Under the pieces are notes generated by a model, which searched no databases, was not told the origin of the DNA, and worked only from the letters and a program-made list of their open reading frames with translations. This document shows positions 37,643 through 51,232 of a stretch of DNA of 64,000 nucleotides, piece after piece. The first letter of the stretch is position 1; each line of letters opens with the position of its first letter. The translations under genes and the position numbers were made by a program. Source of the DNA: Phoronis australis (taxonomy: Eukaryota > Animalia > Phoronida); NCBI GenBank assembly GCA_002633005.1, contig NMRA01000223.1, positions 1 to 64,000 of the forward strand, written 5' to 3'.

Positions 37643-39539
37643 TCATGCAAACAAGTGTAACGTGCGGCGCGACCCTGTTTGCTGCTCATTCAAAATAGGC
37701 TTCTCAAAAGCAATTAAAAGGGACTCTAATACTTTCAAACGCAGCACATCTTGCTCCACGTAGCGAATTGACGTGTTTTCCACAATTTCTTGACGGGTGA
37801 TTTTACGTGCGTGGTATTGCAGAAAATGATCTTGAATGGCGCCATTTTGAAGATGCATGGATAACCGACGGGAAAGACTGCAAACCGTTTGACCAATGTA
37901 ACATTGTTTGACGTTTGAACGAAGACATTCATTCATAGGGCATACAAATTCATAAACAACACTACACTGTGCAACGGGGCGGACTTTCGCTTTAGAAATG
38001 TTATTTTTCATGACCAAGTTGGAGGACTTCCTATTCCGATAATAAATAATAACATCAAGGTAATCATCAGGCTTACAAACTTTAACGTTGTCCCTTATGA
38101 TTTTCTTAATGGCGTGTTCGTCCTGGAGGTAATTATTAGACATGACATTTTTGTAAAATATCTTTTTGGTGACACCAGTCCGACGTGCAGGGACTTCATA
38201 GCTAATTGTGGACATAAATCGCTTAATATGGAAGTCCACGAAAGCATTGGTATACCCATTATTCACCAGTGTTTGTCTTATGCGATCTACCTCTTGATTG
38301 AACAATAGCCAGTTAGACGACACCGAATACGCCCTCTTTAGGAAGTTGACCACAACGGCGACCTTATACCGCTCAGGGCACTCACTTTTGGCGTGGAGAC
38401 AGAAACCTTTATCAGTGGGCTTGTGGTAAACTGATGTAGAAAATTCAGACGGAGAATGGTTCACAAGAACGTCCAAAAACGGAATCTTGTCATTTACAGG
38501 AAGCTCGTGGGTAAACTTCAATACAGAGTGGCGCTCAAGTTCATCACGTACTGATAACAAGTCATCAAAGGCACAATAAACAAAAATATCATCTACATAA
38601 CGTACATAGATAGGAATACCACCAATCACATTGCTAGCCCTCTTTTCCACTTCAGACATATAAAATTCCGAGAAAGTGGGACCCAGAGGAGAGCCCATGC
38701 TCACACCATCTTTTTGCAAAAACAATTTCCCATTTATATGGCGAAATGGTACTTTGGTTGTGCAGATGGTTAACAACTCTCTCAAATGAGTAGGTGAAAT
38801 GTCGGGTGGCTTTAAATGTGGGTGACGGTATACATTATCCAAAATGATAGTAATGGTCTCATCCACCGGCACGTTGGTGAACAAAGACTCAGCGTCAAGC
38901 GACATAGGTTGGTAGTGGGGGGATGGCACTTGTGTGCGCAAAATGTCAATAAAATCCTCACGACATTTAATGGAGTAACGGCTCTGAATGTACGGCTTTA
39001 TGATTTTATCAAGATGCTTCGCTGTCTTGTACGTGGGCGTCAGGACTTGGGATATTATCGGCCGTAGAGGAACATCTTTTTTGTGTATTTTAGGGTTACC
39101 ATAGAGATAACCTTCGGAGTAATCACCTTCGATTTCGGAGAAAATGCGACGACCAGCCTCAGCATTTATAGCCCTAATGTGACGATTCAATTCACGTTTA
39201 AGGTCAATGAGGGGTGACCGACTAATGCTGGTAAACTTGGAAGGGTCACATATTAATAGACTAAGTTTATCGGAATAGTCATCTTTGTTTAAAATAACAT
39301 ACTGGGCAGACTTGTCGGCGCGGCGAATAACAATACCACCATTATTCTTGAGGCGTTTAGAAGCATCTAGTAGTCGGCTGGAGAGAGCACATCGATGATT
39401 TTTGCTGCGGCACTTAGTGCCTTCCGAGCGAAGCTGTTCTCGTATATTAGGGTTGACACTGAGGAAACCATCACCTTTTAGTCGTAAAATATCATTATAC
39501 AGATTTTCCAACTCAACTTTCTTGCGGTAGGTGTCAAAC
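37643..39539 (-). CDS. Penelope reverse transcriptase-GIY-YIG endonuclease (uninterrupted, N-terminally truncated)
   Basis: ADKS, YGNPKIHK..PLRPIIS, SLFTNVP, GVSMGSPL, RYVDD, FLDV; VVYEFVC..C..YIGQT..LSRRLSMH..LESLLI...LNEQ. Confidence 0.95.
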
Positions 39540-42500
39540 TTCTCTATCCAGCAAGTTCGCAGTAGTGCTTTACCACTACATCTCCAATGATATTTGAAAG
39601 CGCAATTTTTGAAGTTTCCAGTGTAATCATGTGCTTTGGTAGGACATCGGCCATTACAGTGGAAGATATCATTTCATGGAAGGTGCCTTCGTGTCGTAAT
39701 TGGACTCTAGCCCCGGAAATACAACTTGAAGCGATTGAACGATGGATAGACCAGGCTCTGGTCGAAACTTTTGATAATTACTTTCTTGAGAAACGTTTCT
39801 TCCTCGGCTTTCTGTTCCCCAGACGTTATTTGAAGCTGTCCTCTTTCCTGATTTTGAGACAACTTCTCAACCAAAGCACCTTGAGAAACCAGCAATTTCA
39901 CCTTTTCAGTTTCTATTTAGTCGAGAGGGAACCGTTTTTCCTCAGCGCAAAGATGCCGTTGATCAGTTAGACCCACTGAACGTGCCGCTCCATATATTTG
40001 GTTAGTTGTCGACTGGCGGAACAATTGTCGTCTTGCTAGGATTCGTCACGGTTGATGAAGGTTATAGCAGCATTGCTAAATTTTGTCATTTCAGCAACGA
40101 ATAGAGTAATGGCTATCTGAAATTGGAATATTTTTATTGTTTTGCTTCGGTATTTATTGAATCCTGATCAGTAACCCGTATATGAAAATACTTATCATGA
40201 GATCTAGAGGGAATACTTTGAATAAATTCTTTGCTTCCTGCTACGTGTAACTTTCATCTCATCGTAGTTACTTTTGTTTGATATCATTTTCAGATATTAA
40301 ACGTTGTTACCTTAGTGCACTTTTTATTGTATTTTATAATTTCTGGAGTCTGTTTAAGGAAAAGCGCCCTAAGACTAGAGTCAGAATTTTGATTTATGCT
40401 CCCCACAACTATTTCTGAAAAATACTTAAATCTCACCTGAGCAAAAAACAAAGTATTTGAGATTATACAAATATGTGCAACATACGGAATTAATTATTTT
40501 TTACTACAGAGCGCTCAAATTCACTTGGCTAAAACTTTAAGTTTTAATAATCAAATGTTAACGTAGGGCAAAATCGTCTCTCATTAGGCCTGAGTCCCAA
40601 CTATCCTATCTTTCACCTCCGTGGCTACTTTCTAGGAGAAACGGGAACTTTACATTAAACCAGGTGAATCTACAGATGTTCAAAAGTCAATTTCAAAAAA
40701 GTTCTCAAGTATACACTTGCACGTTTAGTAAGAATTTTAATTTAAATGTTAGAAAAAATATAACCTCAACTGATGTGCTAGCCACCAGGTGTCAGAGCAA
40801 AATGATCCGAACAGCCAATGAAATGCCAGGAAATCATTGTGTCTACACCTTTCACCTTCAAATGTCGTCTGCTAGGCATGAAAACATTCATCACAGGACC
40901 GACAGCTGATGTTATCATGCCGGCTTAGCTATCTTGCTTATTGCTACTGACTCCAATGGATAGTATTTAATTTCTTGGATGGGTGTGCAAGTAAGAGGCA
41001 ATTACCAAAGGCCAAGGCTAAAAAACCAACAGGCAGCAGTTAGGAATTGAGGACAGCCAAATCAAATGTCATCGTACTGTAACAATTCTTGGCGCATTCC
41101 TGAATCATTTTGTGTTTCGCAAAGAACAGTTTTGGGACAGCTAGGACTCTGCTGAAACCATGAAATATTGATCGAGAGTGCGACTTCACAATAGACTGGC
41201 AAGATTTCTGCTCCTTGTCATATTCATGTGTCAGGTTCTGCTCAAATTACTTAGCTGGATTTTTCAGACATTTCCTGGTCTAGGCTACTGCAAACAAACG
41301 TATCAAAATTGAGTGCAAGAGACGTAACATTGCCGATAAGTTTTCAATTTTTTATGAAAAAACAAAGCTCTTGTCATGCGCGCATCCAGGGGAGGGGGGG
41401 GCTCAGGCACTTGAAGGGCCCCAAGTGGACGAGAAGGTTCGCCTCAGAGAAACAAAAACTCTGAAAATGTAGAAAACGAAGTAAAAGTTCACTTAAAAGG
41501 CAGGAACTAACAAAATTCAACGAACCCAGAATGTGTGGCTCTGAAGTACCCCGTGAATGTTAATAAATTTCCCCACACTCTCAAAAACTCGTGCCCCCAT
41601 TTTTAGGCTTGGTGCGCGCATGCTTCTATCACGGATATAAAAAAATGAAAGAACTTTTAAACAAGAAAAAAACAAAGCTGATGTTGCAAATAATGTTGCA
41701 CCCACTGGAAAATTAAAGAGACTGCCACTGTCAGTTTCATTGTCATTTAACAGTGGTAAAAGAAATACACCGTGTATGTCTTGCCACTACAGTGAACCGT
41801 TTGCCACAAATCAAATTTCATCACAGGGGAACTTCGCAAACAAAAAAATTGAAAACCTATCCCAGTTCCAAACATTCAATTGTAGATAGGCCTACCTATT
41901 CTTAATTTTAAAAGGTGTCGTTTGTGGTAAATAATCTTTAGTTTAGGTCAAACTACAAAAACTATTTTGCTTGATAAATTTGTAGTAATAGTCGTCTCAT
42001 TCTACAAATGTACTGGCATGAGAGTGATCAGCCTATTTTGAGACCAATTTAGGCAAAATCATGAGCAGTGTGTGGAATTTCAGAAATATAAAAAAGCAAA
42101 TATTGCCTGTATTATGTAATTCATTTATCTGATAGGGCTCGGACTCCTATTACAAATGCAGCGTGGACCATACTCAGAATGAGTAGTTGTAGCCATAAAA
42201 GATCTATAAATTTGCTTTTGTTGAAGCTTGAAATTTTTTCGAAATCACAAAAATGTGAATCCATAAATGAACATATTAGCCTCACGTACCTTATCAATTA
42301 ATTATCTCTCCTTCATGAGACTTGGAGTATTTTTCAGGGGCAATATTCTTTTGAATTGAAACCGAGAGGAGGAAATCAAGGAGGTGCATAAGGTTCAAAA
42401 CGAGGATAGTGGAAGGGTGGGGACCTGTGTGTTCTTAAGTGGGCGAGAGTCTTGGCCACCTGGATTTGTCTACGAAAAAGCAAGTCATAGCTGGAACTGA

Positions 42501-42630
42501 TGGCTGAGTGTGACCTGATACGTGACGGTTACAGTGAAATTAAGTGATGTGATATCTTAAGAAACTACGTTATTGTTTTGTCATTTGATATATAACACTG
42601 TGAAGTAACAAAATATTTGTATTATCACAG

Positions 42631-42903
42631 AACCATGCACACGTAAGTTTTTTGGAATGGACTATATTGGATCAAAGGCGACTACGTCCAAAGGGGAACG
42701 GTGTAGAAGATGGTCCCACCCGGATGTAGTTCGACGACTTCACGAGACAGAAAAGGGAGAATGGGCATTTAATCAAATGCCCTTGCACGTGCAGAGGCCA
42801 AACTTGTGTAGGAATGCTGACCTCAGTCCGAACGGCCCTTAGTGCTACATCGACAGCAAATTCCCAAAGTGGGGCTACTGCGGTATTAAGCAGTGTCCAA
42901 ACG
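42631..42903 (+). CDS. Kringle-domain exon 1 (phase 1-1, 273 nt) with in-frame TAG at 42840-42842
   Basis: tcacAG/GTAATG borders; C..GMDYIG..TTSKGERCRRW...NLCRNAD..NGP*CY..WGYCGIKQC, all six cysteines present. Confidence 0.85.
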
Positions 42904-44222
42904 GTAATGTCCAGTTTCTTCAATGCCTGCATATTAAACTTGGTCAAACATATCATTTGCATATTTCATGACAGACGACTTTAATTTAACTAAGCATATC
43001 GATTTATAGCTTATTTTCGCATATCCTATTCCTGATTGCACGAAACAGTCCCAAACAAAACGTCAACCGAGTTTCTAAAAATTTCGTCGTGTCATATAGA
43101 TATCATAAATTTTGTAAACCATGACTTGAAAAATATTATTTCATCATTAGGAAATAGGCAAATCTGATAGATCATTACAACCAAATAATGATTACGTACA
43201 ATGTATCAGTCATAAAATGCAGGTGTAACATATATAATTTATTTACTTAACAATTTGACTCAAAACCGTAATAAGTAGGGGGGTCTAATGGGAAACATTC
43301 ACCAATAAACAAACTGTTTTTGCCGTTACCATAGTCGACACACTTTAAACAATCTCACTTAAGGATGAATATTAAGAAACTCGTAATTGGAAACGATAAA
43401 AGTTGAGCAGTAATGTGAAATTTGTAACGTAACGCGATCAGCACTTTATGCAAATTTTCTAGAATGCATATATTTGAAAAGGAACGCGAAGAGCTTGTTC
43501 TAGCATGAAAGCCATCCCTCTAATAGTATGAATTTTGAGTGCAAAACCAATGTATTAGGCCTTCAATACATAATACATGTAACTACGTCGTTCTTGCCCA
43601 TGAAATCACAATTTCATGTCATGCTTTATAGCATTTACGAAATGCATAATAATGTATCGCCATAACGGAAGGAGATATGATAGTCCGTGTCTGAAGTCAA
43701 AATAGAGGATGCACCGTTGCATATTTTGAAGTCTAGTTTTTGACTTGTTGAAGAGGCGCCTTGTTAATCGTTTGAAAAGTCTTGGTTCTGCTCCAGTTGG
43801 CACACGTAAGTGAACTGAGCATGTAGAACTTCCTTGGATTTTGTGAGGCTGTGTTAAAAAATGAAGGTGCTTTTTAAATGGACTGTCCGTCAAATCGTTT
43901 TCAAAAGGATTTTATACACAATTCAAAGAGAAATGGATTTCAATACCCATTGGAATTTTCACAGTTTAGAGATGTGGTTGTATGGAATAAAATTCGGCGA
44001 CCCCAACGTTTTTGCACTTTAAATGTTAGGCAAGTACGAAAATGCAAGTTATAAAATAATCGGCCATTAATCAAAACTGTGTCGATCACTTTGCGTCCAC
44101 GAAAATATTGTTTTGGCCAACGGGGCAGACACCTTCCCAAACTCATCTCTAGAAAAGCGCAGGTGTAACATCGTGATAAACAATGTCTGCACTTAGGAAT
44201 CCTTTGTGAAATATTTTTGCAG

Positions 44223-44504
44223 CGAGAAATCTCACATGCAAAGATGGTATCAATGGAATTGGCTATAACGGTCCCGTTAACGTCGCCTTCTCGGGAAAAA
44301 AGTGCCTAGTATGGTCCAGTCTTGAAGTTCAGAGGCTCATGCGCAAAAGTGAACTTTTAGGCTACTTTAAAAAGTGGCCAAAAGAGGTGCAACTTACGAA
44401 TGTCTGTCGAGATCCAGCTGGTACGAACGGCGGTCCTTGGTGTTACGTAGAAAGCAAGCCTGAACCATTCTGGCAATATTGCAGCATCGATATTTGTCGT
44501 AGTT
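44223..44504 (+). CDS. Kringle-domain exon 2 (phase 1-1, 282 nt), intact
   Basis: ttttgcAG/GTAAGT borders; C..GIGYNGPVNVAFSGKKCLVW...NVCRDPAGTNGGPWCY..WQYCSIDIC. Confidence 0.9.
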
Positions 44505-46509
44505 GTAAGTATATGTACTAATATATCATGCATGCATATGCAGTTGAAGTGTTGTTATTGTATGTACATGTCTGATATGTTAACTTCAAAATTCCATGCA
44601 TTTCTTATGATCCCACTTATGTGAATTCTGTACAGCTCTCACCCCTTCATGTGTAATGGGGAGATGCATCCACTGTGGTGAATCTAGGATACCATAAGGA
44701 GGGCAACATCCTCGGGAAATTGGGCAAAGCAAGGTTGTATCCTGTATGTGCACAGGCTGCCCGAATACTGCAGGGCCCGAGTATGTAGACCTTATGTTCA
44801 GAAAACCTATCGGTGGACTAAAGAAAAAAAACGACGTCCGCTACCGGTATTAGCTTGTGAACTATATGTTTCTTCACGTATAACCTGTTTTGCTGTTTCA
44901 TAGTTCTTGCGGCAGTCCTTGTGCCCCCCTAAATCCGCCTATGTTGCAAAGGCATTCTTGGGGCATTCCTCTTGTTCAAGGTACACCTGACGCATATGTA
45001 GTGCACTTATCATTTTAATTCGATCTCTTAGAGACTGGGATGTCTTTTATCTGTGAAAGTACCAATCATGCGCGCACCCAGTCGTCAATATGGAGGGGGT
45101 TCGAATTCCCGACGTTGTGGACCTTTTACTATCAAAAGAGCGGGCGGACTAAAAAAAAAACAAAAAAACGTCAGCACCATTGTGATTTGCGCGTTTGCGC
45201 TTGTTTAATGTGGACCTTTTCTCCCTTTTGTCTCTCGGAGGCTGACCGTTTTGCACACTTCGCCAAATGGGGGCTCGTTCGAGCCCCCGAGCCGCCAAAG
45301 AGCCCCTGGCCACCAAGCTCCAGAATACAATAAGTTTGACACACAAACTGTGTATATCTCCGTCTACGGCAGATGCCAGCACGTGCAAGTGTATCTATTC
45401 GTTTTAATAATGAACCAGTAAGAAAACATGATACGACACGTATAATAAGTGAGAGTTTTAAAATGATTATCATTATTGCATGTATAGGTAATGATACAGC
45501 TCCGCAATAACTGTGTTATTGTAATACCGTGAAATACGGTGTACGTACGAACTACTTTCCCTATTTCCTCTAGAGAAGTTATTCGTTATCATATCTAGAG
45601 AAAAACACAAGGGGCAAGCCGTAAGAATTGCAGTTTTTGGTAACCTAAATCCATAAGAATTACGGTAATACGTCTAATTCATTTGTCTAAGCTTCTTATT
45701 CACGGGGCCATCATTAAAATCGAAAGCGAAGCTCTCTGAAATAAACAAAGCGGCAGTTGACATTCGGTGGGTTAAAAGCTTGTCTTTCGAGTCCAACCTG
45801 GATATTAAATCTTAAAAATGTGTCAATAATTAATCACAGAAACGTAGAAGAATGCCAGGAACAAATTTGTCTGACGAAACATGAAAAGTAAAAAGGACCA
45901 AATTGGGGCGATCAAGTTGTAGATCAAGTATTTGCTGAATGCAGCCTTAAAGCTTCTTTATCTAGGTTGTTGATCAATTTTTTATTCACGATTTAGATAA
46001 TCTGCTCGTATTTTGTTGACTTGAAGATATAATAGGCAGTGATGGCTCAGGTGCAAGTCACATCTGATTTAATTTTGTGATTACCATATTAATATCAAAC
46101 ATAGACTAGGTCCTGGTAGTGCCTAGCTGGCCCTAGGTGTGCTTTGTCATTGATATGCAAAAAGTCATTTGTTATTATAGTGAAAATCAAGGCTGGTAAT
46201 TTAAGCTAAATTGTTTTACCATCAATACTGCTTTCTTGGTTTCAATAATGATTATATCTGTTTCATTTGTTAGGTTTCAAATATCACCGTGGACCATGTT
46301 GATTTTTAAAATGAAAGCCCACAATTCGTTCGTCCAGTGCATAACTTGAAAATTAACCAATCTCGTTTTAGAGCTTAATTTTATTTAACTGGTCAGAACA
46401 AGCATATATGTACATGTAGTTCTAATACTCTGGCCTGGCTCACCGTTAATCAAAATCATGGACCAGCCCTCAATATAGACCTGAGCTTAGCATACATCCA
46501 GTTTACAAG

Positions 46510-46684
46510 TTGAATCCGGTGTGTGTGTGTGTGTGTGGGTGGGTGCATGTGCGTGGGGGTTGCGTGTGTGTGTGTGTTTGTGTGCTTGTGNAGTTGAATC
46601 CGGTGTGTGTGTGTGTGTGTGGGTGGGTGCATGTGCGTGGGGGTTGCGTGTGTGTGTGTTTGTGTGCTTGTGTATGTGTGTGTA
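46510..46684. repeat. GT-rich microsatellite duplicated across N 46591
   Basis: (GT)n tracts; the same flank agttgaatccg precedes both copies. Confidence 0.9.
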
Positions 46685-46793
46685 TTGTAGCCAAAATCGT
46701 TACTACTGCCAACTATTTAACAACCACACACCGTCGAGTTTTATGCCATATTCATTGCCAATTCTGCGTAATGAACTTTTCTTCATTCAACAG

Positions 46794-46906
46794 CATTTGA
46801 AGAAATCGGCGCATTGGGAGGAATTGGTCAGGGAGGGCAACTGAGATCCAACACACAAAAGCTTTTCTACGGTCTTGTGTGCTGTCTTGTCTATTGGAAA
46901 CTTTAA
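46794..46906 (+). CDS. Candidate last coding exon of the kringle gene (GPI-signal-like tail)
   Basis: ttcattcaacAG acceptor; phase-1 reading (S)FEEIGALGGIGQGGQLRSNTQKLFYGLVCCLVYWKL*; GTAAGT donor just after the stop. Confidence 0.4.
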
Positions 46907-49232
46907 CATGGGTAAGTCTATTTTTGTTTTGGGGAGATTGTGCTACATTTTGTAACATGTACATACTAAAAAATTCCTTGCTTCCGAATTGATGTTATCG
47001 GGAAAAAAACAAGATAAGATTAACAGTTCACAACTTACTCAAACTGCAGCGTGTAAAGTATCAGGACACCAATATTGAAGTAGTCGAAATTATATAATAA
47101 CGAAATAAAAAGTACTTGTATTTCACACCTTCAATTGTATCCAACGGTATTGACCTCTTACATGTATACCATTTCGATACCCAAGAACATTTACTTATCC
47201 AAGGCGAATTTAAAAGACAAAGCTTTCTTACTTACCGATTTCTGAGAATACCTACGGATAGTTCTGCATCAACCTTGCGATTCTCCTGAAATTTTATGAG
47301 GACTTGGCTATTCCTAGGTATGCACTAAGTCAGCTTTTTGTTTTTTGTCAGAAGCATCGTTTTCGTTTTCATGCAGATCTTGCAAACACGACTTTTTCGA
47401 CACTGGCCTGCAGTGAAAAAATGTGCCAACTTCACGAAACTATTGTGACATCTTAAAATTTTGGAACAACTATAATTTTGTAAATGTACACTGTATCTAA
47501 CCTTAAGATTCAAAAATACTTTTGATGTATAAGACAGACATTTTAGTGTTTACAGTGTAAGTAACTGCAATTCAAAAATTGAAAAAATTATGAATGATCA
47601 AGTGGCTGATTTCGGCCCTTTTTATTGAGAAAGTGAGAAAAGGATATAACATGTGTGAAAAAGAAACCATTGTGAATTTATAGCTTTGTGCTAATTTAGT
47701 ACATACATAAAGTCAAATGTTTGTTCTTTTACCGACGCTTACTACTTAACCTGTAAATTTATTGAGTAGACCTTGCACAATTTGGCTACTCCGATACACA
47801 GCAATTGAAAAAAAAAATGTTACAAACGTCACGATTTTTATATGTAAAGTGGATTTAAAGGTATTTTAAAAAGTGGGATTTGGGACCTTAGGGAGCCCAG
47901 GAAGGGGTGACGGAGGAAAGGCAGTTGTTTTCCTTTTGTGAACTCAAGAGAATTTCTATGATACTAGTCTAATGACAACGTTCACTTCAAATTGGTAGTG
48001 ATACGGTAGTAGCGTGATGGGTATGGGATAAGAATGAAATTGGGCATGATTGTGAAGGTTCTGTAGTGAGGAGGGCGACTTTGGTCCTTCAACAAGTTAC
48101 AATATGTCATTTCACTCATACAGCAGGGCCTGCGTGTATAACACAGAGTTACTGAGGTCAGTCCATAAAATACACCATCTCAGAGTGTACCATGTACAAT
48201 GTAGCTAGAAAACATAACTTTTGCCTTTCAACAAGCTTAGGTTTGGATTATGAAATCGCCTCATATTTCTCATTTTTTAAAATTTATTTTACGGACAATA
48301 CGCTTTAGTATAAATAACTGATGGAAGCGCAAGCTTCACATTTAACAATCCAAATGTAACAAATTTCTGTAAACAAATAATACTTTTCACATTTTGTAGA
48401 TTTTTTTAGTGTTACTTGTTACTCAATATAAATCAACAACACAACTAATACATAATTTTAGAAAAAATGTCCTGTTGTGAACAAAATTTGGCTTCCAAAG
48501 AAAAACGATTTTAAATCAATTGCAACAGTATTTGACTGTTAGCATTTTGCAAGGTCAGTTGAATGGGCAAGTCATATGGATGGAAGATTCATAATAGTTA
48601 TTGCACAGGCACCGGAATAATATTCAAAACTTGATTTGTAGCAATGCGGCTACAAATGTGTTATATTTAAACCATCACCGATGACAGCGTAGCTGGTTGA
48701 ACATGTCTTTCAATTCAGAAAATTCGCTATTTTGTCAAAAGTGAATTTTGACCACTCGATAAGTTAACTTGCATGAATACATTCCCTCTTGGATTGTACA
48801 GAATGGTAGGTAAGGATATGTGTCACTAAATTTTACGTCTAGAACAGTTGTGACAATCATGTTTAAGTACTTTTAAACTCATAATGTACATGTATGTTGC
48901 TGATATCGTTCAATGTCTGACCTAATAGTGAGTCCAAATTCGACACACTAATGGCAATTACTTTTGAATGCACCATTCGATTTTGTTATTTTTTCAATTT
49001 TGTATTTCATACATCGGTGCCTTTCCTTGTGTTGCATGTTTTGTCTTCGTACTGAACAAATAATTTCCGGTTTATTGTTATTGTTGATAAATAAAAGCTA
49101 CACTACGTTGAAATGGTGCGGAAATCGAAATTACTCATTAAATAATCACAAAAGTATTCTTGTCAACCGTGTTGGGTATTGTCAACAGGCAAATGTATCA
49201 TCGCCTGTGCCATCGTAACCTCTGATCTACAG

Positions 49233-49463
49233 TCAGTTAAGAATGCGAAATGAGTGAAATGGCAATAAGGTCATGTCAGACAGCATTATGGTCAGTAAAA
49301 TGATAATTCCCATAATCCGTTTTAAGTGTAAAGAAGTTGCTAAAAGCATTCGTTTAAAAGCGTAGAATACGCACCATTGGGGCTTTTTCAGTACAAAAAC
49401 TGAAAAAATAGCATTCCAGAAATTTAAAAATTGTTGAAACATCCAAGATCTACACAAACACAT
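49233..49463 (-). pseudogene. Decayed BACK-like relic
   Basis: FLNFWNAIFSVFVLKKPQWCVFYAFKRML..HLKRIMGIII resembles FL.L....E..VF.A..RW...L..IR. Confidence 0.35.
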
Positions 49464-50229
49464 TCATAGCATTGTTCACAACCCTGTAAACTGGCTTGTA
49501 GAAGCACTTGAGTGTTACCCACACTTTCAACACACATTACATAAAACGCTCCCGGATTTCTCTCCCGTCACGTGATGGATGAAGCGAAATTTTAGGTATC
49601 GTTCTTATTTGATAATTCTTATGTCCCACTTCTTAATCCCATGATGTGTTTTGTCCAATACATATAGCATGTAGTCTACCTGTTATTTATATTTGGAGAA
49701 TTGTTGTTTTCGGTATGCAAAAAGTGCCATTATTTCGTAAACCTTTGCAGGCCTACATATCAAAAACAAAAATGACAACAGGCGCAAAATTGGTGATTTT
49801 TTCATACACTACCTACCCCACAATTACAGGCTGAATCTTAAGGATGACCCTAGAGTGTTTTTTTGGTTTTGTTTTGAAATGGTTCTTACATTGGTCTTAA
49901 GTCCATTCAACTAAACGCACCACGTGTTCGTGTTCAGTTTTAGTAAAAATTTTAATTAGGACATTACTCTTCAGAAATAGGTAGGCATACATGTATATCT
50001 GTTTGCGCGTGCAATATGAGCAAAAAATGCTTGTTAATAGAATACATTTAGTTGAGACTGGTTTTAGGAGCTTGGGGTCCTTAAATTAAATCAAATGGAT
50101 TCGACTTTTGAAGCGTAAAGACTGTTCATGAAACAGGTCTCAAGTAACTTAAAGAATAAAGCATCAATGACAGACAGTCAAGTTTCTTGCCGAAAGTGTA
50201 TCTCCGTTCATATTTGTCATGTATTTCAG

Positions 50230-51232
50230 GGGCAAGGCCGAGTTGGATAATCGAAGATGAGAGACAGACAAGGAAATGAAATACACTTTTCTTACGAACC
50301 ATAACCAAGCAAAGTCAATATCATACATGTCGATACAAACTGATTGTCTGTGTAGTAATTTCGTTTTTTGAGCTCCAGTGCCGTATTATCCTGCTGAAAT
50401 CGGCCTCAAAATAATTTTGACCATCATACAATACGATAAGTCTGCAATCAATTCCGTGTCAAATGCAATGCGTAAATTTTCCAATTTTCAGGGTTGGGCA
50501 ACGTCAAAACTTCCTGAAGCGTTTTCTTTGGACGTAGAAAGATTCGGAAATCGTATTGGTCAGAGTGCAACTGGCGTCAAATGCTTGCATCAGACATTAA
50601 AGCCTGAGTCGGCTCGAGGAACAACTTGGGGAAGTTAGTTGGGGTCATATCTGTTGTTACTCGAACCACAGCAAACCATTCGTCGTCAATGTACCTGTGT
50701 CGCACTCATTCAAAAAGAACGTTGTTGAAATTTCTGGAAAGTAATGCAGCAGTGTGCACAAATAGGCATCAGCACATTAGAGATATTTAAGAAGGGAAGA
50801 ACTATACAGTTCACTCTTAAATTTTTCCTGGCAGTACCTATATCAATGGATTTGAATGGTCCCTGTCCTGTGAAAACCAAGTTTATTATCATTACACCTC
50901 TAAGGAACTTTGCAAGGACGCAGTACATTTTGTTCGCTTTCATATCATTACTCCGTCTACTTCCCAAGTCTAGAGGTTCCAAGTACGCCTTTCAGCCCCA
51001 ATTAAAGCATCCGTGCCACTTTTTGACACGAGACAGCTCAAGATGCAGAAGGCATATTCTAGAAATATTGACCAGCAGTGCCGCCATGCAATCATTTTAC
51101 CTTTCCAAGTTATTCGAGGGCTACCGCAAACGCAGCGAAATCTTGTGGCAAAGCAACGCAGAGTCTGCTAGAGTGAACCCCCCCCCAAAGACAAGACATC
51201 CTGTAATTAATAAGGAACCTAACGGCCCCTGA
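50230..51232 (+). pseudogene. Decayed BTB-BACK-like relic
   Basis: YKLIVCVVISFFE; PAEIGLKIILTIIQYDKSAINSVSNAM; MQQCAQIGISTLEIFK..FFLAVP. Confidence 0.35.

Larger units (their letters stand above)
37358..39539 (-). mobile_element. Penelope-like retroelement, 5'-truncated
   Basis: RT + GIY-YIG ORF; 12-bp TSD ttctctatccag (37346-37357 and 39540-39551). Confidence 0.93.
36478..39960 (+). pseudogene. Decayed BTB-BACK-like relic interrupted by the Penelope element
   Basis: SDTEV..SKFLYEVLYFDAHESEDRNQLSDM, FFYT, LAERSGMVVLQK, PEDSSLQVLWL; after the insertion ITVEDIISW..APEIQLEAIERWID (BACK-like); stops and frameshifts. Confidence 0.4.

Noticed and set aside
40293-40392. Signal-peptide-like exon for the kringle gene (ILNVVTLVHFLLYFIISGVC)
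   Set aside because: No ATG or convincing donor; hydrophobic runs arise easily in T-rich DNA
42840-42842. Selenocysteine or pyrrolysine recoding
   Set aside because: The codon is TAG at a Trp position; Sec uses TGA and Pyl is not used in animals
46503-46844. Cys/Val- or His/Thr-rich ORFs
   Set aside because: Translations of a GT microsatellite
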